Assembly: GCA_010356995.1 (NCBI GenBank)
Contig: ML996687.1
Coordinates: 931,803-995,802, forward strand
Direction: 5' to 3'
DNA: 64,000 bases
Source: Trichodelitschia bisporula
Lineage: Eukaryota
Shown: in pieces, positions 1-12,155 of the stretch
Layout: every line of letters starts with the position of its first letter
Position numbering within the stretch: position 1 is the stretch's first letter
Program-made: the position numbers and the translations under genes
The notes under the pieces: generated by a model
Databases searched by the model: none
The model's input: only the letters and a program-made list of their open reading frames with translations
What the model was told of the DNA's origin: nothing

Positions 1-1235
1 TCCGGCTCCCAATTGTCCAGGCGCATTGTCTCCATGCCCGAGCTGACGTTCAACCGCTTGTACCATGTGTGCTGACCACGGGCCGTGTTGAGCATGGCCT
101 GGTGGTGCTCCTCGCTCTGGGTATATTTGACGAGCATGTTCCTGAACACGGCAAAGTTTTCGGCGATGCGCTTAACAAGGCCCAGGCGGCCAAAGGGGCC
201 AGGCCATGCTGACGCGAACCCATCTTGGTCCATGTTGTGCCGCCCTGTTCCAATGGACAACAGGAGGGCGGGATGTGCCCTCTCTCCGTATAACGACACA
301 AACTCTGTCCAAGCGGCGACGGAGGGATTATTTGCGCGAATGCCGCCGTCCTTGAAAACCTTGCGCTCGGATTGAATGTCCGCTTCAAGGGCCTTAAAAA
401 AGAAGGGTGCGGCACTCGTCGCGCGCGTCACCTCCCAAATTCGCAGAGCGTCTGCTCCTTCGTTGTAGCGGGTGACCCAGACGGGTACGTCAGAAAAGTA
501 GCGATGGTTATAGGATCGGAGCAGATACGCCTCACTCCGCTTGTTGTGGGTGGCGGTCAAACAGACAGTTTGACAGATGCGCTCAGCCGTGTCCTCGTAG
601 TACGGCTCGAGATCTAGCGGTTCGGTGCCATCGGGGTGCAGGTGCCACGGGTGCCAGTCCGACCCGTCGCACTCACCGTCTTCGTGCAGCGGGCAGTTTT
701 CCCGGACAAGACGCTTGACGGCTTCTTGCAGCGGTTGGTGGTGGTACTTTGTGCGCAGTGGAAGGTTGCTTCGCCTTTTGCCGAACAGATCGTTGCCGAC
801 GGCGCGGTAGGCCTCGAGGCAAGCCGTGATGTTCATGCGCAAGCGACCCAACATAGTGGCGATCAGACCGCCAGTGCTGGTGCCGTACATGACGTCGAAG
901 TAGTGGCAGGGAAGGAGAGTATTTTCGTCGAAATTCCGACGCTCCGAAGGGTGTTTTACATGGCGCTCCTCAAACTTGTTCTCGAGGGCAGCGATTTCGG
1001 TCATCAAGCGCTTCAGGATCAATAGGCTCGAGTATCCGCGGATACCGCCACCGTCGAGGGTGAGGATGGCTGGGAGCCATGGGTCATCGACGGTTTCGGC
1101 CCAGCGGACATCATCTTGCGACGAGGTGACGCTCAGTGGGCGACGTGGTCGCTGAGGGGGTGCTGGGGAGCCGTTGGCGGTAGTGGGAGGGGATAGTCGG
1201 GAAGGCGATGATGGTTGGGGTGAAAGGGACTCCAT
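1..1235 (-). CDS. Patatin-like phospholipase (iPLA2-gamma-like); 3' end runs off the window
   Basis: Translated by hand from the ATG at 1235 (absent from the ORF track because no stop falls inside the window). Motifs ILTLDGGGIRG, YFDVMYGTSTGGLIA (GxSxG), RATSAAPFFF and FKDGGIRANNP are the patatin signature. Confidence 0.9.
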   Translation of the reverse strand, partial: MESLSPQPSSPSRLSPPTTANGSPAPPQRPRRPLSVTSSQDDVRWAETVDDPWLPAILTLDGGGIRGYSSLLILKRLMTEIAALENKFEERHVKHPSERRNFDENTLLPCHYFDVMYGTSTGGLIATMLGRLRMNITACLEAYRAVGNDLFGKRRSNLPLRTKYHHQPLQEAVKRLVRENCPLHEDGECDGSDWHPWHLHPDGTEPLDLEPYYEDTAERICQTVCLTATHNKRSEAYLLRSYNHRYFSDVPVWVTRYNEGADALRIWEVTRATSAAPFFFKALEADIQSERKVFKDGGIRANNPSVAAWTEFVSLYGERAHPALLLSIGTGRHNMDQDGFASAWPGPFGRLGLVKRIAENFAVFRNMLVKYTQSEEHHQAMLNTARGQHTWYKRLNVSSGMETMRLDNWEP

Positions 1236-1704
1236 GGTACGGGGGAATATGTAGCTTTGGACGGGATCGGGCCGTTCTGTCGGGCTTGGGTGCGTATATA
1301 TGTAAAGCAGGCGGGGGACGCGGGCTGAATGGGAGGGGTTGGAAGCGTAAAGGGGCGGACTCCAGACGCGGCTCATCCAATTCGTTGAACGCGACGCGAG
1401 CTAATGAGAGCCAGTGAAGACACACAGCCAGCGAGCATGAAGAGTGGTAAAAAAATTAGGAGAAACAAGGCAAAAAGACCAGAAGAGACGGGGGGGGGGG
1501 GAGAGTAGCGAAGGCCGACAAAGGAGTCGCCGTCACTCTCGGCCCGTTGACCCCAGAATATGGAAATATGCGATCAAAACTGGAGAATAATGGGGTGGGG
1601 AGGAGAGGAGAGGTGGGCGTGTGTGGCTTCGCAAATTACAGCGATGCCGCTCTCTGGGGGGCTTCCTCAGCTTCTGGGGAAATAATGCGCCTCAAAGCCT
1701 CACG

Positions 1705-1737
1705 GGCTGGTTGGCTGGCCTGGCTGGCCTGGCTGGC
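1705..1737. repeat. Short tandem repeat, about 3 copies of GGCTGGCCT
   Basis: ggctggttggctggcctggctggcctggctggc seen directly. Confidence 0.7.
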
Positions 1738-3162
1738 GGGAGTGGCAATAACCTTATGGCTTTTGGGACTGCGCCCCCCCTGTGACGACGGGGGATGAGC
1801 GGACCGCTAACCTGGATCGCGAGTTGAGGCTCTGGCACTGGCGCCGATGGGCTGTACCGTACGGTAGTGGTGTTGTCGCGATTCTGTGCGATGTCGGCTT
1901 GTGATGAGAGCAAGATAGCGATGAGTTTTGCTCTGAAGGATGATTCATGAACGATGAGAAGATGAGAGGATAAGGTGCGGAAGGCACCACGAGGCAGACT
2001 TCCTAGCTGACGAGTCTCGATGACTGGGAGAAAGAGTTGGAATAATAGCGTAATGGGCTGGCGAAGGGGCGGTGATAGAGTAGAAATGTCGGTTGCCTTG
2101 TGACCGTTTCAGCTGGGATGATGTTTGGTGAGGAGGCTTGTTGACTCGCTGCATTGAACAAAAAGAGACAAGGCAGGGACGGTTGGGGCAAAAACGATGC
2201 AGCACATTGCAATGTGTGGGAGAGAAGAGGGTATATGGAAGGTGTACGGATGTACGGATGGATGTACAGTACGACATTTTGATACTCCGTGAGGGAGAAG
2301 GCGAACTTGATGGGCCTTTCGTTGATCACACACTTACCTTCCTACCTTTATGAACCAAAACCTTTACCTTTCAGCATGTCGTCTTGTGGATAACGTTTGA
2401 AGATAGAAGGCGCTTCGTAGTACTCCGTACTCGGCTACCATGCATCACCTCTTCAGGCGCAGCACGTCCCTTATATGCCTATATGTGTACCGTAGTAAGA
2501 TCCCACAGCCTACGGATGTACAGTATCCTTTGATGTTGTGGTGGCTGAAGGGGGGGAGGGGGGCATGGCAAACGTACTCAAATCTCAGAATGACGGCCTC
2601 ACAGTTACGATGAGACTAATTGGGACGATTTTCGACACCGTGTCCATTAAGCCCATCTCTTGTTCTTGCAGGTTTGTTTGCCTTACCTCCCGTCTGAGCT
2701 GTTCCTGGTGACCTTTCCTATGTCTGCCTGGTGAAATGTTGGCTTCGACTCATCCTCCAGCGCTTTTCCGTTTGTGGCTTCTGGGAGGGCCTCAGACAAT
2801 GGAAGCGAGCATTGAGACAACTGAGAAGAGCGTATGAGGCGAAGAGCGAGAACCGGAGAGAGATGTAGGGCGGGAGGTAAAGGAGAAAGCAGAGAGGGGA
2901 GAAGAAGAAGAGAGAGGGCACGAGAGCACAATGATGCCTTACTAAGCAGAACTTGACCCCACCCTTGTTTGCGGGGGAAAGCAGAGGGCCCGCTTGATGA
3001 TGAAGCTGCAAGGCGACGGTGATGAAGTTGCAAAGCTCCAACTGCAGTGCACAAAAACCCCCCCCCCCCCCCAATCCATAGTCAAAGACAATCAAAAGCA
3101 TTCTTCCCTTCCCCCCTCCTCCCCAATTTTTGCGTGTGCTGTCTACTAATCTTCGGTTAGCC

Positions 3163-4591
3163 ATGTCGTTTGACAAGCCTAAGCATATCAACTATTGGAA
3201 GCGATGTCTAAAAACTTACCTACCCAACGCCTACACTTCCAATGACTCTAACCGAATGACACTCGCCTTCTTCACCATCTCCGCCTTGGACCTGCTCTCG
3301 ACTCTGGATGATCCAGCAACTCTCTCGGACGAAGAGCGTGCCAGTGCTGTGGCCTGGATCTATCGGTGCCAGCATCCCAACGGTGGTTTCCGCGGTTTCC
3401 CTGGCACTGACTTTGGCGAGCTCTCGAATGCTGAAAACGCCGTATGGGATCCTGCCAATGTACCCGCTACGTACTTTGCCCTGATGGCACTGGCCCTGCT
3501 GCGTGACGATTTGATGAGCGTTCGAAAGACAGAGTGCTTGGCCTGGCTGCGCCGCATGCAGCGGCCCGACGGCTCGTTTGGCGAGACTCTGAGCCTTGAC
3601 GGTGCCGTTGAGGGCGGTACCGATAGCCGCTTTGGCTACTGTGCCATGGGCATCCGCTGGATGCTGCGCGGGGCCGTTGAGGGACCTGCATGGGGGGTGC
3701 CGGACATCGACGTCGAAGGCCTCGTCCGCGTGATCAGGAACTGTCAAGTGCGTTTGCTTCTGGTTTGCTCAAGCCAAGTTTATCGGCCTAAAAGCGCATG
3801 CACTGATGCTTGTGCACCCACAACTGAATAGACCTACGATGGCGGCATCTCGGAATTGCCCTTCCACGAAGCTCATGGTCCGAAGCTCCCACCTCTCGAC
3901 GCCCGCCTGTCTATGGTTCGCTGACCAACAACACAGGTGGCTTTACATACTGCGCCCTTAGCGTATTGCAGTTTGCCCAACGTCTTCCCTCCGATACGGC
4001 AGGTCAAAAAGCAGGAGATCTCTCCGATATCGAACTCACAACTCGTTGGCTGCTTTCGCGCCAAGTCCCAGCTGTCGATGAAGAGGGCGACGACAGCGAT
4101 TCGGATGCATCGAATAACCACAGTGGGACTGCGCAGAACCCTCATTCAGCCGCGTTTGATCACTTCTATCCTATACCTACCGCAGATGTGCCACGGCCAC
4201 TCTGCATCGGCTTCAACGGACGCACTAACAAGCTTACCGACACGTGCTACACTTGGTGGATCGCGGCCTCTCTGAAAGTGCACTCGACCCCTTCTCTTCC
4301 CTTCTGAGCCCTCAAGGCTGACGCCACCAGATGCTCAAACGTCTCCATCTGCTCTCCGCCGAACCGGCATGTGCCTATCTCCTCGAGCAAACACAGCACC
4401 GCATCGGTGGATTCGGTAAGCACGCGGGTGAGCCACCGGACCTGTATCACTCCTACATGGGTCTTGCGGCGCTGGCGTTGCTGGGCCATGAGGGCATTAA
4501 GCCAATACATCCTTCCGCGTGCTTCAGCCTCGATGGGGTGCAATGGCTGGAAGGACTTGAATGGCGAACAAAACTTTGTGCAAAGTCTTAA
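3163..4591 (+). CDS. CDC43: Geranylgeranyltransferase type I beta subunit (3 predicted introns)
   Basis: HINYWKRCL..LP..YTSNDSNRMTLAFF, GGFRG, DSRFGYCA, QTYDGG..EAHGGFTYCA, GFNGRTNKLTDTCYTWW and PDLYHSYMGLAAL are prenyltransferase-beta motifs. Introns at about 3748-3830, 3878-3936 and 4278-4330. A branch point/acceptor just before the ATG suggests an upstream exon or a UTR intron. Confidence 0.9.
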
Positions 4592-4887
4592 ATGTCTTCA
4601 AGCTTTCCAAATACAGCTCAAGTCCAAATGCGGCACCATACCTCTTAATCGACATTACGTGAAATGTGATGTGTAGATGCTGTTTCAAGCGCAAGCAAAC
4701 AAGGAGAGGATGTGGGACAATACAGTAAACGTCGGAACCGGAAAATAGTTGCACCGAAGCCACCCCTTCGTCATCAGCCTTTTCCGTCTCCCTCCTCATT
4801 CTCTCACAGCATTGCAAATTCTCCAACCTCGATCCTGTTCTCCGCCTTTCACTCATCTCCAGGGCCCCCAATGCTTCTTCGCTGGCT

Positions 4888-6210
4888 ATGATACAGTTAG
4901 GACTCGCCCGTGCTGCCCGTCTTTTCCAGCCCAACCCACAGCCCTGGAAAGCCATCCACGTCGCAGGCACCAATGGCAAAGGCTCGACATGCGCCTACAT
5001 CTCGGCTTTGTTGCATGCCTCTGGCGTGCGCTGCGGTCGTTTCACCTCTCCACATCTGATCGATAAATGGGATTGTATCACGATTGCTGAGAAGCCTGTG
5101 TCGCGCGCGCTGTTCGAAGCGGCTGAAGCTGACATCCGAGCGCTCAATGCGCGGGAGGGCGTGGGCGCGACGGAATTTGAGCTGCTCACTGCCACCGCCT
5201 TCTCCATCTTCACTTCCGAGGCTGTCGACGTCGGTGTGGTGGAAGTTGGCCTGGGCGGGCGGCTGGATGCGACCAATGTCCTGAAGCACAAGTCGGCCAC
5301 TGTCATCGCTCGCATTGGCCTCGACCACACGGGAATACTGGGGAATGACTTGGCTACCATCGCCCGGGAGAAGTGCGGCATCTTTGCCCCAAAGGTGCCT
5401 GTTATCTATAACGGCTCGAACGAACCGGAAGTCGTGTCCGTCATCAAGGAATGCGCCGCAGCAGTCGATGCCGGTCCCCTCATCCGTTGCACCAAGCTCC
5501 CACGTCTGGGGCTTCAGACGTACCCGAAATTCCATAAGGCTGTCCGTGCTCGTAGGCAGCAGCGCCTTGCGATATCTTGTGCTTTCCAGGCCGCGAAGGT
5601 TGTCCTCGACCAGCTGGACTCCACTCCACCGAACAATGTAATCGTTCGGGCCATTGTCAGCACGTCCTTTCCCGGTCGGATGCAGATGGTCGACTTAGCG
5701 CCCTTGCTCGGCCGCCCGATCATCGCACTCGTAGACGGCGCGCACAACGAACAGGCTGCTCAAGCACTGGATTATGCTCTGGTCGGTGAGCTGCGTGAGC
5801 TCTACACAGGCCGCCTCCGCTGGGTGATTGGTGCGAGTGCGGGTAAGGACCTAGCCGCGATTGCAGGGCACCTCCTGCGCTGCAACGACGCAGTGGCAGC
5901 TGTCGAATTCGGCTCCGTAGATGGTATGCCGTGGGTGCAGCCGATGAAGGCTGACGATGTGGCTGCTACTATCGATGGTCTCGACCAGGGCGTTACCGTG
6001 CAGGTGTTTGGCACTGACGTCAAGGCTGCGCTGGACTGGGCTGCTGGGGACGGTAGCGTTCCGGTCGTAGTGACGGGAAGCTTGTATCTCGTTGGAGATG
6101 TGCTTCGGCTTCTGCGGGACGCGGGTGGAGACATTACCGTGGACTTGAGCTTAACAAAGGGTTCACGGTCAAAGCTCAAAAGGGTCGTGAAAGAGCCTGA
6201 GTTGTCCTAG
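4888..6210 (+). CDS. FOL3: Dihydrofolate synthase (FolC/folylpolyglutamate synthase family)
   Basis: HVAGTNGKGS, FTSPHL, TEFELLTA, EVGLGGRLDATN, GLDH, DGAHN and TGSLYLVG motifs; single 440-aa ORF. Confidence 0.9.
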   Translation: MIQLGLARAARLFQPNPQPWKAIHVAGTNGKGSTCAYISALLHASGVRCGRFTSPHLIDKWDCITIAEKPVSRALFEAAEADIRALNAREGVGATEFELLTATAFSIFTSEAVDVGVVEVGLGGRLDATNVLKHKSATVIARIGLDHTGILGNDLATIAREKCGIFAPKVPVIYNGSNEPEVVSVIKECAAAVDAGPLIRCTKLPRLGLQTYPKFHKAVRARRQQRLAISCAFQAAKVVLDQLDSTPPNNVIVRAIVSTSFPGRMQMVDLAPLLGRPIIALVDGAHNEQAAQALDYALVGELRELYTGRLRWVIGASAGKDLAAIAGHLLRCNDAVAAVEFGSVDGMPWVQPMKADDVAATIDGLDQGVTVQVFGTDVKAALDWAAGDGSVPVVVTGSLYLVGDVLRLLRDAGGDITVDLSLTKGSRSKLKRVVKEPELS

Positions 6211-6526
6211 GGCCTGGAGGAATAGGCGTGCATATCGCTCATAATCAAGCGGCAAGGCCGACAGACATGGCCGCCGAGTTCATGGCATCGGCTGTGAAAA
6301 GTAGAGACATGAAGCACATAAAGCTTGACTGTCGGTGAGTCGCTCTTTCGAAACTCTTTACACAGGAGCTAGCATGCCGCATGGTTTCCAGTGAGATTGA
6401 TCATCACAGCATTTAAGAACAGCGGCATCGAGGACGACTATGGTGCATGCCTAGAAGCATCCAGGCCAATTAGATAGAAAACCATGCGCAAATAACGCCT
6501 TCTTCAGGACACTAGAAGCAAAATGA

Positions 6527-7455
6527 CTACATGAGAACGCAGCAAGAGTTCTGTTTCTTTGCCTGCACATAAGTTAGTAGGCTGCAGTCCAAGGGTTACA
6601 TAGGAAGAGGCTCGCACCTGCGTATAGAACATCTTGCTCTGAGAACTCAGCCCGTCGCTCTTCGCCACTAGGGAGTCAATCTTCTCGCCGCGGTCCAGTA
6701 CACTCTCGATAGTCTTGTGGAGCACGATCTTCGTCTCGGCAAGCTCTTTCTGGATCTTCATAATGCTATCGGCAGCCGCAGGATCTTGATACTTGATAAT
6801 GTACTCCTTGAGCAACGGCCAGCTGATAGGGGGTGTAGCACTGGCCGAAGTGGACGCTGGAAGGTCGCGGAATGAGGCGACAGGATGAGAGGCTAGAAAC
6901 TCATCAAGGACCTTGGAGATGATCTGGTGGGCGACGAGCTGCGGGTATTCATCGTCGGTGATTATGACGCCGCAGATGCCTTCCGAGCGGCTGTAGCTGT
7001 GGAACACGGACGCTGCCGGTGCTGTGAGTTTGTGGTGAAGAGGGGTAATATGGTACGGGGAAGACTAACTATTCTCTGTGGCACGTGGTTAGCGACAATG
7101 ACTGTATTGTAGCGACAATAACTGTGGAGTCTTACCGGAAACATCGAGCCGCTGGCCTGGACGAGTTCTCTCTGCAGCGCACAGCATCAGCGTGGCCCTA
7201 TAGCGGCTCGGACCTCCACCGCCTCTTGCCTCAGAGAGCTCCTACCAGCAACTGTCTTTGCGAACAGCGTCATAAACTCAGAGAATGATGAGCGGGTAAA
7301 ACGGTTGAACGTGCTGAGCTCTTTTTCGGTACACAACTCCAACGCCGGCTTCTCCTGGTTCCTAATGACCTGCGGCGGGTGATTAGCTGAGCGGAATGGT
7401 GGTGGCGGGGCATGGAGGAGATGGGGGATCGCACGCCGATGTAGAAGATTTTCAT
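6527..7455 (-). CDS. YKT6: Longin R-SNARE Ykt6 (5 predicted introns, includes a 6-nt micro-exon)
   Basis: MKIFYIG start, ERTRPGQR, KIQKELAETKIVLHKTIESVLDRGEKIDSLV and the C-terminal AKKQNSCCVLM CCAAX motif. Confidence 0.95.
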
Positions 7456-7651
7456 CTTGACTTCGAATTGACCAGGTAGCGGAGAGGGACAGAGCGGAGG
7501 AGAGAGATAGACGGGCAAGGATAGGAAGTGAGTGAAGATGTGAAGTAGGAGATGTCACGGACAAAGCATGAAGCGCGACTGCCTGCAGCACATGTGAGGC
7601 AGTGGTGGCAGTGCAGCGGGGAAAACGCCACATGGAGATGAATGCATAACC

Positions 7652-7667
7652 TGACTCACGTGACTTA
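7652..7667. promoter_or_regulatory. Overlapping TGACTCA (AP-1/Gcn4-type) and TCACGTGA (bHLH E-box) in the YKT6/NFU1 divergent promoter
   Basis: ctgactcacgtgactta seen directly; function inferred from consensus. Confidence 0.5.
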
Positions 7668-7820
7668 AAGCAAGCTGACCAAGACGTCATTCCCATCTGT
7701 CGCAATGCGTCACTCTCAATAATTCCTCTTACCTACCAACTTATATTACCTTTCCTTCAACCCTCGTCGCCTGCTTCCTGGCATTTGGTGCAAGAGACGC
7801 TTAACCAAGCCGAAGGAATC

Positions 7821-8796
7821 ATGTCCGCTACCTCAGTTTCACGGCCAGTTATGCGTGCGGCATCGTGCATCCAGCGCGCCCGTCCGCTTTGTTGCGCCCG
7901 CACATTTGCCGCTTCTCGGTCTCCCAGACTTTTTCATAGCATCGCAGCGCCCACGAGGCCATCATTGAGGGCGGCGCACATCCCATACGCCGCTACCTCT
8001 CGACGCACTATCTTTATTCAGACAGAAGACACGCCTAATGCTGATGTGAGCAGAACACTCTTCTTGTAGACGCCCCTACCGACATCTGACCTTGGGAATA
8101 TAGGCCCTCAAATTTAAACCCAACCACCGCATTCTCCCCGAAAACTTTACCTCGCCCTTTATCGAGTACATGTCCCCTCGGTCCACTCTTGCGCCCCCGA
8201 ATCCGTCACCTCTCGCCGGCGCTCTCATGAACATTGACGGTGTCACGTCGGTATTCTTTGGTCAGGACTATATCACTGTGACGAAGGATAGTGCTACTCC
8301 CTGGGCGCACATCAAGCCAGAAGCATTCAGCCTCATCACTGAAGCTGTCACGTCGGGCCAGCCCATCGTCAACACGGTGGCGGGAAAGGCTGGTGAAGGG
8401 GAGGACGGTAATACAGAGGCTGACAGCCTGGCGTACAATGAGGATGACAGCGAAGTTGTTGGCATGATTAAAGAGCTGCTGGAGACACGCATACGTCCGG
8501 CCATCCAGGAAGACGGTGGCGACATTGAATTCCGAGGGTTCGAAAACGGCCAAGTCCTGCTGAAGTTGCGGGGTGCGTGCCGGACATGCGATTCGAGCAC
8601 GGTGACGCTGAAGAACGGCATCGAAAGCATGCTGATGCATTACATTGATGAGGTGGAGGGTGTTCAACAAGTCTTTGACCAGGAAGAAGAGGTCGCCATG
8701 AGGGAGTTCCAGGCCTTCGAGGAGCGGCTGCGGCAGCAGAAGGGCGAAGTGCCGCCAACGAGCGTGGGCAAGGGAAGCATTGATACTGTGGCGTAG
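7821..8796 (+). CDS. NFU1: Mitochondrial Fe-S cluster carrier Nfu1 (NifU-like), 1 intron
   Basis: Arg/Ser-rich presequence, IFIQTEDTPNAD|ALKF, IKELLETRIRPAIQEDGGDI and LRGACRTC (CxxC). Confidence 0.95.
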
Positions 8797-9205
8797 ATGC
8801 TATCGGGGGTCCGGTTCATTACCGTGTTCAACTGATATTGCAGAGATAAAAAAGCGCCTGTACATATGTAGCACGATGAGGGGTATGTAGCTGCATTGCC
8901 AGCTTCCGAGTCCCCATCATTGCAATTCATGTGTTGTGTGAAGGTGTACGGATGTACGAAGTAGGTGTTTCTCCCCTGCCCATCCCTGTTCCAGCCGCGC
9001 GCCTGTACTTGACTAAGCCGTGCTTACACACCGTGCTCCCAAAGGTGAGATGCCACCGCGTCGGTTATGCTACATACTGCTTTCTTGCAAACATCACGGT
9101 CGCTTCGAAATGCCCACATCCCAGGCTGCCCGTCATATGCCAAATTCACCCGCAAAGTCTCCGATATAACGAGTTTGCAAATTAACGCCGGCGACTCTTA
9201 CCGCC

Positions 9206-10066
9206 ATGTCTTCCACCGTCGGCCGCGCATCGCCCTCACCCCGCCCTTCGCTCTCAATCCGCAGTCCGTCCGTCGCCTCTTCGTCCCGCAATTCCCTTGA
9301 AATACCAGCTTCGGCGACAAGTGCGCGGGTTCCGCGGCGCAGTCGCATTGCCTTGCGAGATTACTACGGGCTGAAGTCGGAGGATGCAGCATCTGAAGCG
9401 GTGCCGGCCGCGAGACTGGGGGAGCTTGAACAGCATCAACAGGCACAACAACAGCAGGATAGTGGAGCACTGGGCGTGCTGGATGGACCCAGTTTCGACG
9501 CCGGGGCCTTCGTGCGAGGCCTCGTGGAGCGAGAAGGGTTGGGGGGATTGCTGGGCGTGGAGCGCGAGTTGGTTGGAGAGATTCGCGGGTTGGATGGCGA
9601 GCGGAAGGCGCTCGTCTACGACAACTACTCAAAGCTGATCAAGGCGACGGAAACTATCCGCAAGGTGAGCTCCTTGAGCTTTACTCCCTCCCGAAAGCTA
9701 TGCCGTGGCTAACAGGTGCAGATGCGCTCCAGCATGGATCCTCTTACGCCGGCAACGTCAACTCTTGCACCCGCCATCGCGCACATTGCCGAAACGGCTG
9801 CAGTACTGGCGACAGAGCTAGCGGCGAATGTTCCCGCGCCGCGCGATGCGGCAGCGGAACGGCGTGACGAACAACGCAAGGGAGTACAATGGGTTCTGGC
9901 AGCGCCGCGTCGACTGCAGTCTTTGATCTCGGCGGGCAGGAGGGATGAAGCGAAGAGGGAATGTGACCTTGTGCGGGGCATTCTCGATCGTTGGGCTGAC
10001 GCCCAAGTGGATGTTGACCAGGTCAGGCAGCTCAAGAGGGAATGCGAGGAGGTGCTGGCTAGCTGA
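9206..10066 (+). CDS. VPS51: GARP complex subunit Vps51 (Vps51/Vps67 family), 1 intron
   Basis: ALRDYYGL, LDGPSFDA and EIRGLDGERKALVYDNYSKLIKATETIRK motifs; intron about 9665-9721. Confidence 0.85.
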
Positions 10067-10347
10067 GTGGTGGGTATATTGTCAAACAAAGTATGTACAT
10101 CCGTACATAACCCCAATATACTCTGTCGATGACTGTCCAGCCTTGCGTCTTCTTTCCTCTGCCTGCATTTGCATGGACAGGCAAAGGTGCGGCGGATCAG
10201 ATGACCGCGTACATGCAGGAACACCAAAAGCTTTGCGCCATCACCGGTCACGCCAGTCACAGCGGGCAATTGCTCTTCAACCCACATTTCCCCCCAAATC
10301 CCCCACCAGCCCCTCCCCAATTTCGCCGCGCAGCTAAACGAAAAACA

Positions 10348-11487
10348 ATGCTCTCCATCCACACTCGCTCTTGTGCAAAGGCTCTCACCAGCCTCGGCGC
10401 CCAAGTTGCTCCACTTCGTCGCCCTTTCTCCAATGCTGCGTCATCGCTGCCGACGTCACCGTTTGCGCCGCGACACCTGCTCTCCATTGCCGACCTCTCC
10501 CCCGCCGAACTCACAACCCTCGTGCGCAATGCCGCCCTCCACAAGTCCGCCATCAAGTCCGGCCTCGTTCCGCGGTCGCTCCAAGGCGCCCTCGCCGGCA
10601 AGACCGTCGCCATGAGCTTCAGCAAGCGCAGCACGCGCACGCGCATATCGACCGAGGGCGCCGTGGTGGCCATGGGCGGACACCCCATGTTCCTAGGCAA
10701 GGATGACATTCAATTGGGCGTCAACGAGAGCCTGTACGACACCTCCGTCGTCATCTCGAGCATGACGGCCGGCATCGTCGCCCGCGTCGGCCCGCACAGT
10801 GACGTCGCCGATCTGGCTAAGCACTCGTCCGTGCCCGTCATCAACGCCCTCAGCGACCTGTACCACCCGCTCCAGACCGTCGCTGACTTCCTGACCGTGC
10901 ATGAGGCCTTTCCCGCCGCACCGCGCCCGGGATCCTCCTCGTCTACGGCCACGCCGGGTCTTGGCCTCGAGGGCTTGAAGCTGGCGTGGGTGGGCGACGC
11001 GAACAATGTGCTCTTCGACCTGGCCATTGGCGCGGCGAAGTTGGGTGTCGACCTCGCCGTCGCGACGCCCAAGGGCTACGAGATCCCCGCCGAGATGCGC
11101 GACATCATCAAGTCCGCCGCCGCGAGCGCACCGCAGCCGGGTCTTCTGACGGAGACTACGGTGCCGGAAGAGGCTGTCAAGAATGCTGACATTCTCGTCA
11201 CCGATACGTGGATCTCTATGGGCCAGGAGGATGAGCGTGTCAAGCGACTCAAGGCCTTCGAAGGCTTCCAGATCACCAGCGACCTGGCGCGACGGGGAGG
11301 CGCGAAGGAAGGTTGGAAGTTCATGCACTGTCTTCCGCGTCACCAGGAGGAAGTGTCGGACGAGGTCTTCTACAACCCTTCCCGGAGTCTCGTGTTCAGG
11401 GAGGCTGAAAACAGGTTGTGGGCTGCCATATCGGTCTTGGAGGCCTTTATCGTGAACAAGGGCAAGATCCCGCCCCCGTCCACCTAA
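10348..11487 (+). CDS. ARG3: Ornithine carbamoyltransferase, mitochondrial
   Basis: SKRSTRT, INALSDLYHPLQ, WVGDANNV, DTWISMGQE, FMHCLPR and EAENR motifs; ATG at 10348 has a good context (aaacaATG) and is followed by a presequence. Confidence 0.95.
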   Translation: MLSIHTRSCAKALTSLGAQVAPLRRPFSNAASSLPTSPFAPRHLLSIADLSPAELTTLVRNAALHKSAIKSGLVPRSLQGALAGKTVAMSFSKRSTRTRISTEGAVVAMGGHPMFLGKDDIQLGVNESLYDTSVVISSMTAGIVARVGPHSDVADLAKHSSVPVINALSDLYHPLQTVADFLTVHEAFPAAPRPGSSSSTATPGLGLEGLKLAWVGDANNVLFDLAIGAAKLGVDLAVATPKGYEIPAEMRDIIKSAAASAPQPGLLTETTVPEEAVKNADILVTDTWISMGQEDERVKRLKAFEGFQITSDLARRGGAKEGWKFMHCLPRHQEEVSDEVFYNPSRSLVFREAENRLWAAISVLEAFIVNKGKIPPPST

Positions 11488-11771
11488 GCAGTGAGACGTG
11501 GTGAGAAGGTTGTTTGACGAGGCGTGGCATGTACAGTCGGAGTTGAGGGCGTCCAAAAGGGACCTGCTTTTTTAGCACATGCAGTTAGAGCCGCCGTTGA
11601 ATGCACGAAACGTGCACTGTCATTATCCTTCTGCTTCTTCGCTGATATGTATATGCGTGCGCCGGTATCTATACACAAGTGGCCGCCGAAGACCCCCGGG
11701 TGAGGAAACGCCAATATGCCGCACAACCGAATCCCAAATACAAATTGTCCCCAAGACCAGCCGCCCCATTA

Positions 11772-12155
11772 TCACTGTTTGCCGATGTCGGAAAAGCGTA
11801 AGACGAAGTTGACGATAACGGCGACGAAGAGGGTCAGGGCCAAAACCGTCGGTCCATAGCGATCGTCGAAGCCGGCCTGGCCACGCTTGCGTATGCTCTT
11901 TGCGCGCCAGTGATAGACGAATAAGGCGTACATCATAGCACCCATGGCGATGACGGTGAAGATGCCTGCGCTGATCTGGCCGACGCGGTCGCCGAAGTTG
12001 AGCAGGCCGACGGCGAGGCCGCCGAGGATGACGGTGAAGTTGAGCCACGAGAGGAAGGTGCGCTCATTGGCAAAGAAGACTTTGGGCTCGACGCGTGTAG
12101 GCAATGCGATTCGTTTGCCTGGAAAAGCCGGTCAGCATTCAGAGTTTTGGGGGGT

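Noticed and set aside
1901..1936. GTGATGA...CTGA resembling C/D snoRNA boxes
   Set aside because: Only 36 nt apart with no terminal stem; too short for a snoRNA.
3163..7455. Prenyltransferase CDC43 near prenylated YKT6 as a functional pair
   Set aside because: Ykt6 CCVLM is a farnesyltransferase/GGTase-III substrate rather than a GGTase-I substrate; proximity is probably coincidental.
10129..10347. In-frame N-terminal extension of ARG3 with three upstream ATGs
   Set aside because: Begins about 60 bp after the VPS51 stop in promoter-like sequence; ATG 10348 has a good context and a typical presequence. No arginine-attenuator peptide similarity seen.
10693..11556. Long antisense ORFs (for example 287 aa opposite ARG3, also opposite DPS1, HTS1, ProRS, THS1)
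   Set aside because: Expected shadows of GC-rich, codon-biased genes; no recognisable motifs.
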